A stretch of 64,000 nucleotides of DNA from Geopsychrobacteraceae bacterium. GTDB taxonomy: Bacteria; Desulfobacterota; Desulfuromonadia; Desulfuromonadales; Geopsychrobacteraceae. Position numbers and translations under genes: made by a program. Positions 48,679-57,030 of the stretch are shown in pieces. Below the pieces are notes generated by a model. That model had not been told where the DNA came from, did no database searches, and was given only the letters and a program-made list of their open reading frames with translations. Position 1 is the first letter of the stretch; every line of letters starts with the position of its first letter. Location of the stretch: contig CAXXTB010000001.1 in NCBI GenBank assembly GCA_963676795.2, positions 1-64,000 of the forward strand. Reading direction: 5' to 3'.

Positions 48679-49906
48679 GCACATAACTCCTTAAAATAAC
48701 AGTTGAATTAACTCCGCCCATGGCGAAGTTATTCTTCAGAATATAACGCACCCGGCGATCTTCAGGTGCCATAATATGACAAATTGCGCCACAATCTTCA
48801 GCAACTTTTTCCAGATTTCTGGTCGCTACCAGGCGTTGCTGCTGGAGAATGCCGATGCACCCTGACAGCTCCAGCGCGCCGCTGGCCGCCAGGCTGTGTC
48901 CCAGGTGCCCCTTGAAGGAGCTGACCGGCACCCGGTCGGCAAAGATCTGGGCAATCGCCTGCGCCTCGGCACTATCCCCCTGCAGCGTGCCGGTGGCATG
49001 GGCATTGACATAATCGATCTGTTCGGCGTCGATCCCGGCATCAGCCAGGGCCTGGCGCATACAGTCGGCCATCGCCCCGGCATCCGGATTGGCGATGCTG
49101 GAATTATCCGAGTTGGTGGCAAAACCGCAGATTTCCCCCAGAATCGGCGCCTTGCGGGCCTCGGCATGACTGCGACTTTCGAGCAGCAGCAAACCGCAGC
49201 CTTCGCCGCAGACAACCCCGTCACGCTGCGCGTCGAACGGCCGCGGGACCGCCTGCGGCTGCTCGTTGAACCCGGTCGAGGCGGCGTTCATGACATCGAA
49301 GATCGCCGTCGTCAGCGGGTGAAACTCTTCGGTTCCGCCGCAGAGCATGGCGTCCTGGCGGCCGAAGGCGATCTGTTCGTAGCCAAAACCGATGGTCTGA
49401 CAGCCGGTCGCACAGGCCGCAGCCGGAGCGATCAAACGGCCGGTAATCCCGAGACTCTGGGTCAGGTTGGCCGCTGCCGAATGGCCCATGATCTGAAAGA
49501 ACAGCCCGGACTTGATCCGCTCCAGGCTGTGATCGGTAAAATAATCGCGAAAGAACTCTTCGATCGTTTCGGTACTGCCGAGCGTCGTGCCCAGAGACAC
49601 GCCGAAACGGCCATTACCAAGCAGCTCCTGCGGGTAACCACTCATCTCCAGCGCCTGCTGAGCGGCCAGGTAGGCATAGATCGACATCTGCGACATCGAA
49701 CGGCGAAACTTGCGCGGCACGATCTTCGGATCGATATCAGCAACCTTCGCCGCCACCAGCGAACGCAGCCCGCCGATCTCACCCAGTTCGGGGAAACTGC
49801 GCACCCCGCTCTCATTGGCGTAAAGACCGGCCATCAGTGCGGAAAAATCATTGGCCAACGGCGAGATCACCCCGACCCCGGTGACGACAACTGAATTCAT
49901 AGGCAT
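48671..49906 (-). CDS. Beta-ketoacyl-ACP synthase (FabF-like)
   Basis: AAACATG, NAHATGT, GHSLAASG, NFAMGGVN. Confidence 0.95.
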   Translation of the reverse strand: MPMNSVVVTGVGVISPLANDFSALMAGLYANESGVRSFPELGEIGGLRSLVAAKVADIDPKIVPRKFRRSMSQMSIYAYLAAQQALEMSGYPQELLGNGRFGVSLGTTLGSTETIEEFFRDYFTDHSLERIKSGLFFQIMGHSAAANLTQSLGITGRLIAPAAACATGCQTIGFGYEQIAFGRQDAMLCGGTEEFHPLTTAIFDVMNAASTGFNEQPQAVPRPFDAQRDGVVCGEGCGLLLLESRSHAEARKAPILGEICGFATNSDNSSIANPDAGAMADCMRQALADAGIDAEQIDYVNAHATGTLQGDSAEAQAIAQIFADRVPVSSFKGHLGHSLAASGALELSGCIGILQQQRLVATRNLEKVAEDCGAICHIMAPEDRRVRYILKNNFAMGGVNSTVILRSYVHD

Positions 49907-51375
49907 TTCTGCAGTTCTCCCTGTAAAGTCTCCGGCCCGATAACTGCCCCGCAGGTGACATAGGCCGACAACATCGCCCCGAGCAGACCGGGAGCACTCA
50001 CGGCCTGCCCCGACAGATAGAAGCCGGGCAGACGGGTCACCGGGTGCGGGTTGTACTGACCGATACAGTGGGCGGTGCCGTACAATGCCCCACTGTCACA
50101 GCCGCTGAAATGTCTGATCGTCAAAGGTGTCGCCAGATCGCTCAGCTGCAGGTCATCCAATTCCGGACAGCGCTCAGCGATATGAGCCAGCAGCTGTTCA
50201 CCGAACTGATGTTTCCATTCCCTGTAAGCGGCACTGCGCTGCGTACGCGCCACTTTCCAGTCGCTGACTTCCGCCAGCCGGGCAGGGAAGATGCCGATCA
50301 GACCTGCAGCGTCGCTATTGCCAGCAGAGCAGTTGGCCCCGGCCAGAAAGAAGGAGCGTTGCTCCAGGCTGGCATCGCAATCAGCCGTAATCGGCCCCGA
50401 TGACTGGGTACAGATCAGATTACGCCGTGACAGCAAGGTTCGCGCCTGCTCGGAACGGGCACAGACGACAAAAGCCGAGCAGGTCTGCTGCAGACCACGC
50501 AGCCGCTTCAGATAGGCCGGGCGCACGATGGTATCCGCCAGCCAACGGGCGACCAGCTCAGGGTTCACCGTCGCGACCACTTCATCGGCAGCAAGGCGTT
50601 CGCCGCCTGAAAGCACAACCGCAGCGACCCGGCCGGCAGCAGCCTCGATTGAAAACACCTCGGCGCCACAGCGCAGCTCGACGTCATAGCCGGCCAGCTG
50701 ATTTAACAGCGCGTCCAGCAACGCCCGTCCGCCGCCATCGACGAGATGAGCCGAATGATAATAGGATCCGGCGACCTGGGCGTTGTAGTGATGCGCCGCT
50801 TCAGAGGGAGCCACCCCGTAAAGCAGCGTGTGCATCGACAACAAGGTCTGCAGATCTGGCCAGGCGCTGAAAACGGCCAGGCGCTCCTGCAACGACTGAC
50901 TGTGGACAGTCTGAAACTTGAAATTGCGGATATCGAGTGAAGGGTCGAGATAAGGAAAATATCGCCATTGAGCTTCTACCTCGTCCAGATATGTTTTCAG
51001 AGCCTTGGCCGCAGCGGGAAACTGACTCCCCAGATAAGCCCGGATGGCGGCAAAACCAACCGGCAGCTCATAGGTCCGGCCGGAGGCTGCGATCCGCAGC
51101 TGATCGAAACCCTCCTCCCTGCAGGGGATCAATCTAATCCCGTCGGCCAGGCCAAGGTGACGAAAAAACAGCTGCAACGGCCCCCCGGCGCCAAAACCAC
51201 CGGCATAATGAAAGCCGGTATCGAAACGTATGCCGTCACGCTGAAAGCCGCGAATCACCGGAGCAGGCTGTTTTGCCTGTTCCAGCACGACAACCCGGCG
51301 GCCACTGCGGCCGAGCAGCAAGGCTGTCACCAGGCCGGAGATCCCGGCCCCGATTATGACAGTCGCCGGCTTCAT
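49897..51375 (-). CDS. Phytoene desaturase (CrtI)-like FAD oxidoreductase
   Basis: VIIGAGISG Rossmann motif; FDTGFHY; TPLT...GALYG; T.LPGFYLSGQ...PG..GA. Confidence 0.88.
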   Translation of the reverse strand: MKPATVIIGAGISGLVTALLLGRSGRRVVVLEQAKQPAPVIRGFQRDGIRFDTGFHYAGGFGAGGPLQLFFRHLGLADGIRLIPCREEGFDQLRIAASGRTYELPVGFAAIRAYLGSQFPAAAKALKTYLDEVEAQWRYFPYLDPSLDIRNFKFQTVHSQSLQERLAVFSAWPDLQTLLSMHTLLYGVAPSEAAHHYNAQVAGSYYHSAHLVDGGGRALLDALLNQLAGYDVELRCGAEVFSIEAAAGRVAAVVLSGGERLAADEVVATVNPELVARWLADTIVRPAYLKRLRGLQQTCSAFVVCARSEQARTLLSRRNLICTQSSGPITADCDASLEQRSFFLAGANCSAGNSDAAGLIGIFPARLAEVSDWKVARTQRSAAYREWKHQFGEQLLAHIAERCPELDDLQLSDLATPLTIRHFSGCDSGALYGTAHCIGQYNPHPVTRLPGFYLSGQAVSAPGLLGAMLSAYVTCGAVIGPETLQGELQKCL

Positions 51376-52589
51376 CAGCTGAAATTCAACACCAGCGCCG
51401 AGTTGGTCCCGCCGAAACCGGCCGCGTTACAGAGCACCTTGTCCGGCTTTTGCCCAATCGTCTCGCGGATGACATTAAGGCCGGCCGTACCATCATCCGC
51501 CTTCTCAAAATTCAGGTTAGGGGCGATAAAACCCTGGCGGGCCATGATCGTCGCATAGACGACCTGCGCAGCCCCCGACATCCACAGCTCGTGGCCGGTC
51601 ATCGACTTGAGCGACGACAGGGGTGGAGTCTTGGCACCGAAAACCTTGCGGATATTGGCCGCCTCGGCGGCATCTCCGGCCGGGGTCGAGGTCGCATGAG
51701 CACAGAGATAATCGATCTCGCCGGCGCCGACACCGCTTTGCTGCAGCGCCATCAGCATCGCCCGGCCAAGACCGTTATCGCTCGGCACCGACAACTGCTC
51801 ACCATCGGAGGAAAACCCGTAACCGAGCACCTCACCGAGGATCGTCGCCCCGCGCTGTTCGGCCAGATCGTAGCGTTCCAGCAGAATCGTCGCCGCACCG
51901 CCGCTCGGAACCAGCCCGTCACGCCCGGCATCGAAAGGGCGACTCGCTGCCGCAGGAGCATCGATCCTCGAGGAAAAAGCCCCGAGACCGTCAAAGCTGC
52001 ACATCGACTGCCAGTTAATTTCCTGGGCGCCACCGCAGAACATCCGTTCCTGACGACCATAGCGAATCAGATCGGCAGCCTGGCCGACGGCATGTCCGCC
52101 ACTTGAGCAGGCTGAACTCAGTGTCCAGGAAGCGCCGCGGGTGCCGAACAGGGTGTTGAGGTTCATGGTGATGCAGGAGGTCATGGTCCGGAAGATCTGG
52201 CCGCTGCCGATCGCCTTGGTTTCGCGCTTTTCCTTGAGGATATCGACCTGTTCAATAGCAGCAATACAGCTTGAGTCACAGCCGTAAATCATACCGGTCT
52301 GATCCGAATGCAACTGCTCTTCCGACCAGCCAGCCTGGGTCAGGGCATCAACAGCAGAGGCGTAGGCCCACTGAGCGAATTCAGGCATCGATTTTTTCTG
52401 TTTGCGACTTAAGCCCGCTTCGACATCGCACCGGATCAGCCCGGTCAGCGGACTGCGATAGCCCAGTTCGAAGCGCTGAGCATCAGCAACGATACCGGAC
52501 TGGCCGTTGCGCAAGGCTGCACCGACCGTCTCAAGCTCCCTCCCCAGACAAGAAATTATCCCAATCCCCGTAATAGCAACCCGAAACAA
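51375..52589 (-). CDS. Beta-ketoacyl-ACP synthase (FabB-like)
   Basis: SSACSSG, CAHATST, TGHELW, GFGGTN; TTG start, 52589 has a GGAG RBS (alternative 52601). Confidence 0.94.
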   Translation of the reverse strand: MFRVAITGIGIISCLGRELETVGAALRNGQSGIVADAQRFELGYRSPLTGLIRCDVEAGLSRKQKKSMPEFAQWAYASAVDALTQAGWSEEQLHSDQTGMIYGCDSSCIAAIEQVDILKEKRETKAIGSGQIFRTMTSCITMNLNTLFGTRGASWTLSSACSSGGHAVGQAADLIRYGRQERMFCGGAQEINWQSMCSFDGLGAFSSRIDAPAAASRPFDAGRDGLVPSGGAATILLERYDLAEQRGATILGEVLGYGFSSDGEQLSVPSDNGLGRAMLMALQQSGVGAGEIDYLCAHATSTPAGDAAEAANIRKVFGAKTPPLSSLKSMTGHELWMSGAAQVVYATIMARQGFIAPNLNFEKADDGTAGLNVIRETIGQKPDKVLCNAAGFGGTNSALVLNFS

Positions 52590-52616
52590 AAATGACTCCA
52601 AACCTGATACGGCCTA

Positions 52617-53354
52617 TCAGAGATAGGCACCACCATTGACGGAAAACACCTGACCGGTAATGTAGCTGGCCCGCTCAGAGCAGAGAAAACCGACCATCCC
52701 GGACACCTCTTCGACGGTTCCCATGCGGCCCAGCGGAATCGTCGCCAGAATCTGCTCCTTGTGCGGCAGCGCACTGGTCATCTCCGTTTCGATAAAACCG
52801 GGAGCCACGGCATTGACCAGGATCTTGCGCTTGCTGACTTCCATCGCCAGCGAACGGGTCGCGCCGATCAATCCCGACTTGGCGGCCGAATAATTGACCT
52901 GGCCACCGATCCCGGTCTGTCCCGAGGTCGAAACGATATTGACAATCCGTCCCTGGCGTTTTTTGATCATGCCGGGCAGCACCTGTTTGGTGACATTAAA
53001 AAAACCACCCAGATGAACATCGAGCACATCATTCCAGTCGCTGTCGCTCATCAGCGCCATGATCCCATCACGGGCATAACCGGCGTTGTTGACCAGGACA
53101 TAGGGGATCGACTCCGCCAGCAGAGAAGTCAGAACCTCCTTGACCTGTGCCGCATCGGCCACATCAAAGGGGAGCAAGGTGCAGGACACCCCTGCACCCT
53201 CAATTTCTGCTGCGACAATTCTGGCACCGTCATGATCGCCACGATAATTGAGCCAGATATCAAAACCGTCCTTCGCCAGCTCTTTGGCGATAGCCGCCCC
53301 GATCCCCTTGCTGCCGCCTGTAACCAGCGCAATCCTATTTTTCTCAGTTGTCAT
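52617..53354 (-). CDS. fabG: 3-oxoacyl-ACP reductase
   Basis: TGGSKGIG, VNNAG, YSAAK, VNAVAPGFIET, YITGQV..VNGG. Confidence 0.95.
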   Translation of the reverse strand: MTTEKNRIALVTGGSKGIGAAIAKELAKDGFDIWLNYRGDHDGARIVAAEIEGAGVSCTLLPFDVADAAQVKEVLTSLLAESIPYVLVNNAGYARDGIMALMSDSDWNDVLDVHLGGFFNVTKQVLPGMIKKRQGRIVNIVSTSGQTGIGGQVNYSAAKSGLIGATRSLAMEVSKRKILVNAVAPGFIETEMTSALPHKEQILATIPLGRMGTVEEVSGMVGFLCSERASYITGQVFSVNGGAYL

Positions 53355-53381
53355 AAGTTCCGTACTTCAATCCAGATATAA

Positions 53382-53948
53382 TCAGTCGCGAACCGCTGTA
53401 ACCTTGCCCTTGGCGTCGAAGTCGACTGCCATGGTCCCGAACTTGTTGGTCCAGTAGGTCCACATATTCGATTCAAGGGAAGCGGTTTTGTGGGATGCCG
53501 GATAACCAAGGGCCGCCATGACCCCTTTTTTGCTCATTCCGACCAGGGCCTTGCCCTCCTTGATCCCCTTCAGATCCAGTTTGGACATGCCACTTGGCTT
53601 ATAGGGAGTTGCCGAGGTGATCTTGTCAAGATACTCATCAACCGACATGCCCATGCGTGGCTCATGGAATTCAAAACGGACGACCTGGCCGGTCTGGTTG
53701 TAGGTAAAATCAAAGCGCTTACGCGATTTTTTGATAATGCTGATCTCCGTTCCAACCGGAATGACAATATGCCCCTCCCCCGGGTTGGTAAAGTTCGCAT
53801 AACTTGCAATGGCCGTTTTGCCATCTTTCTGCTGCGCATGAATATTGACCTTGGTATAACGGACCTCAGCTGCGCTCGCACCAGCGACAAAGAGACCAAG
53901 ACAAACAATCGTCAGACAAAGAACTGTCAGTTTTCTCATTTTAACCAT
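53382..53948 (-). CDS. Exported protein with a C-terminal SmpA/OmlA(BamE)-like motif
   Basis: Signal peptide (..AGASA); GMSKKGVMAALGYP....WTYW....V.FD..GKV; first gene of the long operon. Confidence 0.7.
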   Translation of the reverse strand: MVKMRKLTVLCLTIVCLGLFVAGASAAEVRYTKVNIHAQQKDGKTAIASYANFTNPGEGHIVIPVGTEISIIKKSRKRFDFTYNQTGQVVRFEFHEPRMGMSVDEYLDKITSATPYKPSGMSKLDLKGIKEGKALVGMSKKGVMAALGYPASHKTASLESNMWTYWTNKFGTMAVDFDAKGKVTAVRD

Positions 53949-53995
53949 GATGATCCCGCTCCTTTTTTCATTAGTGTTGTCTGCAATACCGGCAC

Positions 53996-54024
53996 ATATT
54001 AGCCCAGCCGTTTATCAACTTCAA
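53996..54024 (-). promoter_or_regulatory. Putative sigma70 promoter of the lipid operon
   Basis: Minus strand TTGAAG-N17-TAATAT, 47 bp upstream of ATG 53948; TGATAAA direct repeat brackets the -35. Confidence 0.4.
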
Positions 54025-54042
54025 TTTATCATTTTTTTGCGA

Positions 54043-54858
54043 TTACAATTCAAACTCAGCCCAGATCGGGCAATGATCCGAGGGTTTTTCCATGGCCCGG
54101 ATTTCATAATCGATCCCGGTTGCGACACATTGCTCGAGCAGCGGCCGGGTCGCCATGATCAGATCGATACGCAGGCCTCTTTTGGGCTCATCCTCAAATC
54201 CTTTGCTGCGGTAATCGAACCAACTGAAGCGATCGTTCACCTCAGGGTTGCGGAATCTAAAGGTATCGTAGAGTCCCCAGCTTTTCAGGCATTCTAGCCA
54301 TTCGCGCTCTTCAGGAAGAAAACTGCACTTACCGGTCTTCAGCCAGCGTTTGGCATTGGCCTCACCGATGCCGACATCGCTATCCTCGGGTGAGATGTTC
54401 ATATCGCCGAGCACCACCAGTGCATCATCGGGGCTGGCATGCTCTTCCAGCCAGCTCTGCAGGTTCTGATAGAAATTGATCTTGTTTGGAAACTTTTCCG
54501 GATGCTCGCGGTTTTCCCCCTGTGGGAAATAGCCGTTTAACACCTGCAAGGTACGCCCGTCGGCCAACGGGTAGCTGGTCATCAGCATACGGCGCTGGTG
54601 CTTGGCATCTTCCCCCGGAAATCCCTTGGCGATGGCAAGCGGCTCCAGGCGCGACAGGGTCGCGACACCGTAGTGTCCTTTCTGACCATGATGAACAACA
54701 TGGTAGCCCAGGTGCTGCAGATCCTGATGAGGAAATTCACTGTCATGAACCTTGATCTCCTGCAGACCGATGATATCCGGCTGATGCAGCTCGACGAGTT
54801 TTTCCAGCTGATGGAATCTGGCGCGAATACCGTTGACGTTGAAAGACACAATTTTCAT
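54043..54858 (-). CDS. xth: Exodeoxyribonuclease III
   Basis: Start moved to ATG 54858 (AGGAG RBS); [30 protein letters not shown]. Confidence 0.96.
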   Translation of the reverse strand: MKIVSFNVNGIRARFHQLEKLVELHQPDIIGLQEIKVHDSEFPHQDLQHLGYHVVHHGQKGHYGVATLSRLEPLAIAKGFPGEDAKHQRRMLMTSYPLADGRTLQVLNGYFPQGENREHPEKFPNKINFYQNLQSWLEEHASPDDALVVLGDMNISPEDSDVGIGEANAKRWLKTGKCSFLPEEREWLECLKSWGLYDTFRFRNPEVNDRFSWFDYRSKGFEDEPKRGLRIDLIMATRPLLEQCVATGIDYEIRAMEKPSDHCPIWAEFEL

Positions 54859-54934
54859 AACAGCTCCTAAAATGGGACAGCAAAACAGACAATCGCCCGT
54901 TTTACCACCCCAGAAGTCCTGAAGAATAACAAAC

Positions 54935-55029
54935 GTCCCCTCTCCCTGAGGGAGAGGGTTAGGGGGGGACATTAGCAGAAGCCCCCCTCATCCACCCTTC
55001 GGGCACCTTCTCCCTCAGGGAGAAGGGAC
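54935..55029. repeat. ~95 bp palindromic intergenic element, copy 2
   Basis: GTCCCCTCTCCCTGAGGGAGAGGG ... CCCCTCATCCACCCTTCGGGCACCTTCTCCCTCAGGGAGAAGGGAC; inverted ends; similar to 21895-22003. Confidence 0.8.
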
Positions 55030-55052
55030 TCTCAACCAAAAAACTCAATTTC

Positions 55053-56879
55053 TCAGCGGCAGAGAAAGCCGGTAATTTCCTCGATAAAATCCCGACCGTA
55101 GCGTTGCAACTTGGTCTTGCCGACGCCGTTGATCAGCAGCATCGCCTCGTTGTCGGTCGGCAACTCGGCAGCCATCTCGGCCAGGGTCGCATCGCCGAAA
55201 ACCACGTAGGGGGGAACCCCGTCCCGATCGGCCAGCTCCTTGCGCAATGCCTTGAGCTGAACGAAGAGTTCCGGATCGTACTCTTTACCGGAGATCCTGC
55301 GCTCCGGCTTCTTTTTGCGTCCCGGCTTGACCCGCGGCAGAGTCAGCTCCAGGGTCATTTCACCGCGCAGCAGCGGCCGGGCGTTTTCGGTCAGCTTAAG
55401 GACCGAGTAGTTGGCGATATCCTGTTCAAGGTAACCGTAATGGATCAGCTGACGCAACAGGTGGCTCCAGTGATCGATACTTTTATCCCTGCCGATCCCG
55501 TAGGTGGACAACTGATCATGGCGCAGCTCGATCACCCGCTGGGTTCGCGCACCACGCAGCACCTCGATGACATGAGCGATGCCGAAACGCTGCCCGACCC
55601 GATAGACGCAGGAGAGCGCCTTGCGCGAATCCTCGGTGGCATTGTAACGCTCCGGCGGGTTGAGACAGGTATCGCAGTTACCACAGTCCTCGTCCAGGCT
55701 ATCGCCGAAATAGCCGAGCAACGCCCGGCGTCTGCAGATCCCCGCCTCGGCAAAGGCGACCATGGCGTTAAGCTTGTGGATCTCGATCCGGTTCTGATCC
55801 GGGTTATTCCCCTTTTCGATCAAGCCACGGCTGATAGCGATGTCACCATAGCCAAACAGCAGCAGGGCTTCGGCCGGCAGACCATCCCGCCCGGCCCGAC
55901 CGGTCTCCTGGTAGTAACTTTCGATATTTTTCGGCAGATCGTAATGGACAACAAAGCGCACATTCGGCTTGTCAATCCCCATGCCGAAGGCGACCGTAGC
56001 AACGACGATTTCGATATCATCGCGCAGAAAGGCTTCCTGCACCCGCTTACGTTCTTCAGCCGGCAGACCGGCGTGATAGGCCGCCGCCCGGTAACCGTCA
56101 GCACACAGCTTGTCGGCCACCTCTTCGACCCGCTTGCGGCTTAAGGCATAGACAATGCCGGACTCATTACGATGCTGATCGAGAAAAGCATTCAATTGAA
56201 GGTAGGGTTTACTCTTGTCGATGACGGTATAACGGATGTTTGGCCGGTCAAACCCGGCGCAGACCTGAAGAGCGTCGTGCAACCTGAGCTGCTGAAGGAT
56301 ATCCTTACGCGTCTGCTTTTCCGCGGTCGCCGTCAGGGCGATCATCGGCACCCCGGGAAATTCCTCACGCAGGCGCCCAAGTTCCACATATTCAGGGCGG
56401 AAATCGTGCCCCCACTGGGAGACACAGTGCGCCTCGTCGATGGCAAACAGGGCAATCTCCAGCTCATCGAGTCGCTCAAGAAATTCAGGGCTGAGCAGGC
56501 GCTCCGGGGCGACATAGAGCAGCTTCAACTGGCCGGCGTGCAGCCGGGCCAAGGTCCGGCGCGCCTCTTCGGCAGAGAGGGCTGAATTGTAGCAAGCGGC
56601 GGCCACCCCGTTGGCAACCAGCGCATCAACCTGATCCTTCATCAGTGAAATCAGCGGCGAAACCACGATCGCCACCCCGTCGCGGTGCAGAGCCGGCACC
56701 TGGTAACAGAGCGATTTGCCACCACCGGTCGGCATCAGCACAAAGGCGTCCTGCCCTGCGATCATATGGCGAATGACCTGCTCCTGATAGGGGCGGAAAC
56801 CCTGGTAACCGAAAACGTCATTCAGGGTGCTGAAAATCTTCTGCGGCTGGCTGATATGTTCCTGTGCGGACTGCGACAT
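55053..56879 (-). CDS. recQ: ATP-dependent DNA helicase RecQ
   Basis: MPTGGGKS, DEAHCVSQWGHDFRP, QETGRAGRDG, RQC Cys cluster (CRR..CGNCDTC), HRDC domain. Confidence 0.98.
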   Translation of the reverse strand: MSQSAQEHISQPQKIFSTLNDVFGYQGFRPYQEQVIRHMIAGQDAFVLMPTGGGKSLCYQVPALHRDGVAIVVSPLISLMKDQVDALVANGVAAACYNSALSAEEARRTLARLHAGQLKLLYVAPERLLSPEFLERLDELEIALFAIDEAHCVSQWGHDFRPEYVELGRLREEFPGVPMIALTATAEKQTRKDILQQLRLHDALQVCAGFDRPNIRYTVIDKSKPYLQLNAFLDQHRNESGIVYALSRKRVEEVADKLCADGYRAAAYHAGLPAEERKRVQEAFLRDDIEIVVATVAFGMGIDKPNVRFVVHYDLPKNIESYYQETGRAGRDGLPAEALLLFGYGDIAISRGLIEKGNNPDQNRIEIHKLNAMVAFAEAGICRRRALLGYFGDSLDEDCGNCDTCLNPPERYNATEDSRKALSCVYRVGQRFGIAHVIEVLRGARTQRVIELRHDQLSTYGIGRDKSIDHWSHLLRQLIHYGYLEQDIANYSVLKLTENARPLLRGEMTLELTLPRVKPGRKKKPERRISGKEYDPELFVQLKALRKELADRDGVPPYVVFGDATLAEMAAELPTDNEAMLLINGVGKTKLQRYGRDFIEEITGFLCR

Positions 56880-56974
56880 TACAACTTGGCCTGCTGGTGA
56901 AAGGTTAAGAAAGCGATCGGTCTATCATCCATGGCAGGAACCGGTCGGTCAACCCCACAGTGTCTTTTCGCAGT

Positions 56975-57011
56975 TGAAAAACAAAATCCCCGCACAGAGG
57001 CGAGGATTTTG
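56975..57011 (-). terminator. Terminator after sfrA
   Basis: CAAAATCC(t)CGC...GCG(g)GGATTTTG stem followed by a T-tract on the minus strand. Confidence 0.7.
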
Positions 57012-57030
57012 ACATAGACGTGTGCGGCGC

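Noticed and set aside
49897..51375. Carotenoid biosynthesis
   Set aside because: No phytoene synthase, cyclase or prenyltransferase; the gene is embedded between KS genes
54859..54972. N-terminal extension of xth in the ORF track (likewise the extensions at 8192, 26702, 28828, 32780, 62136 and 62740)
   Set aside because: The extensions run into repeats, spacers or upstream genes; downstream ATGs have an RBS and/or family-typical N-termini
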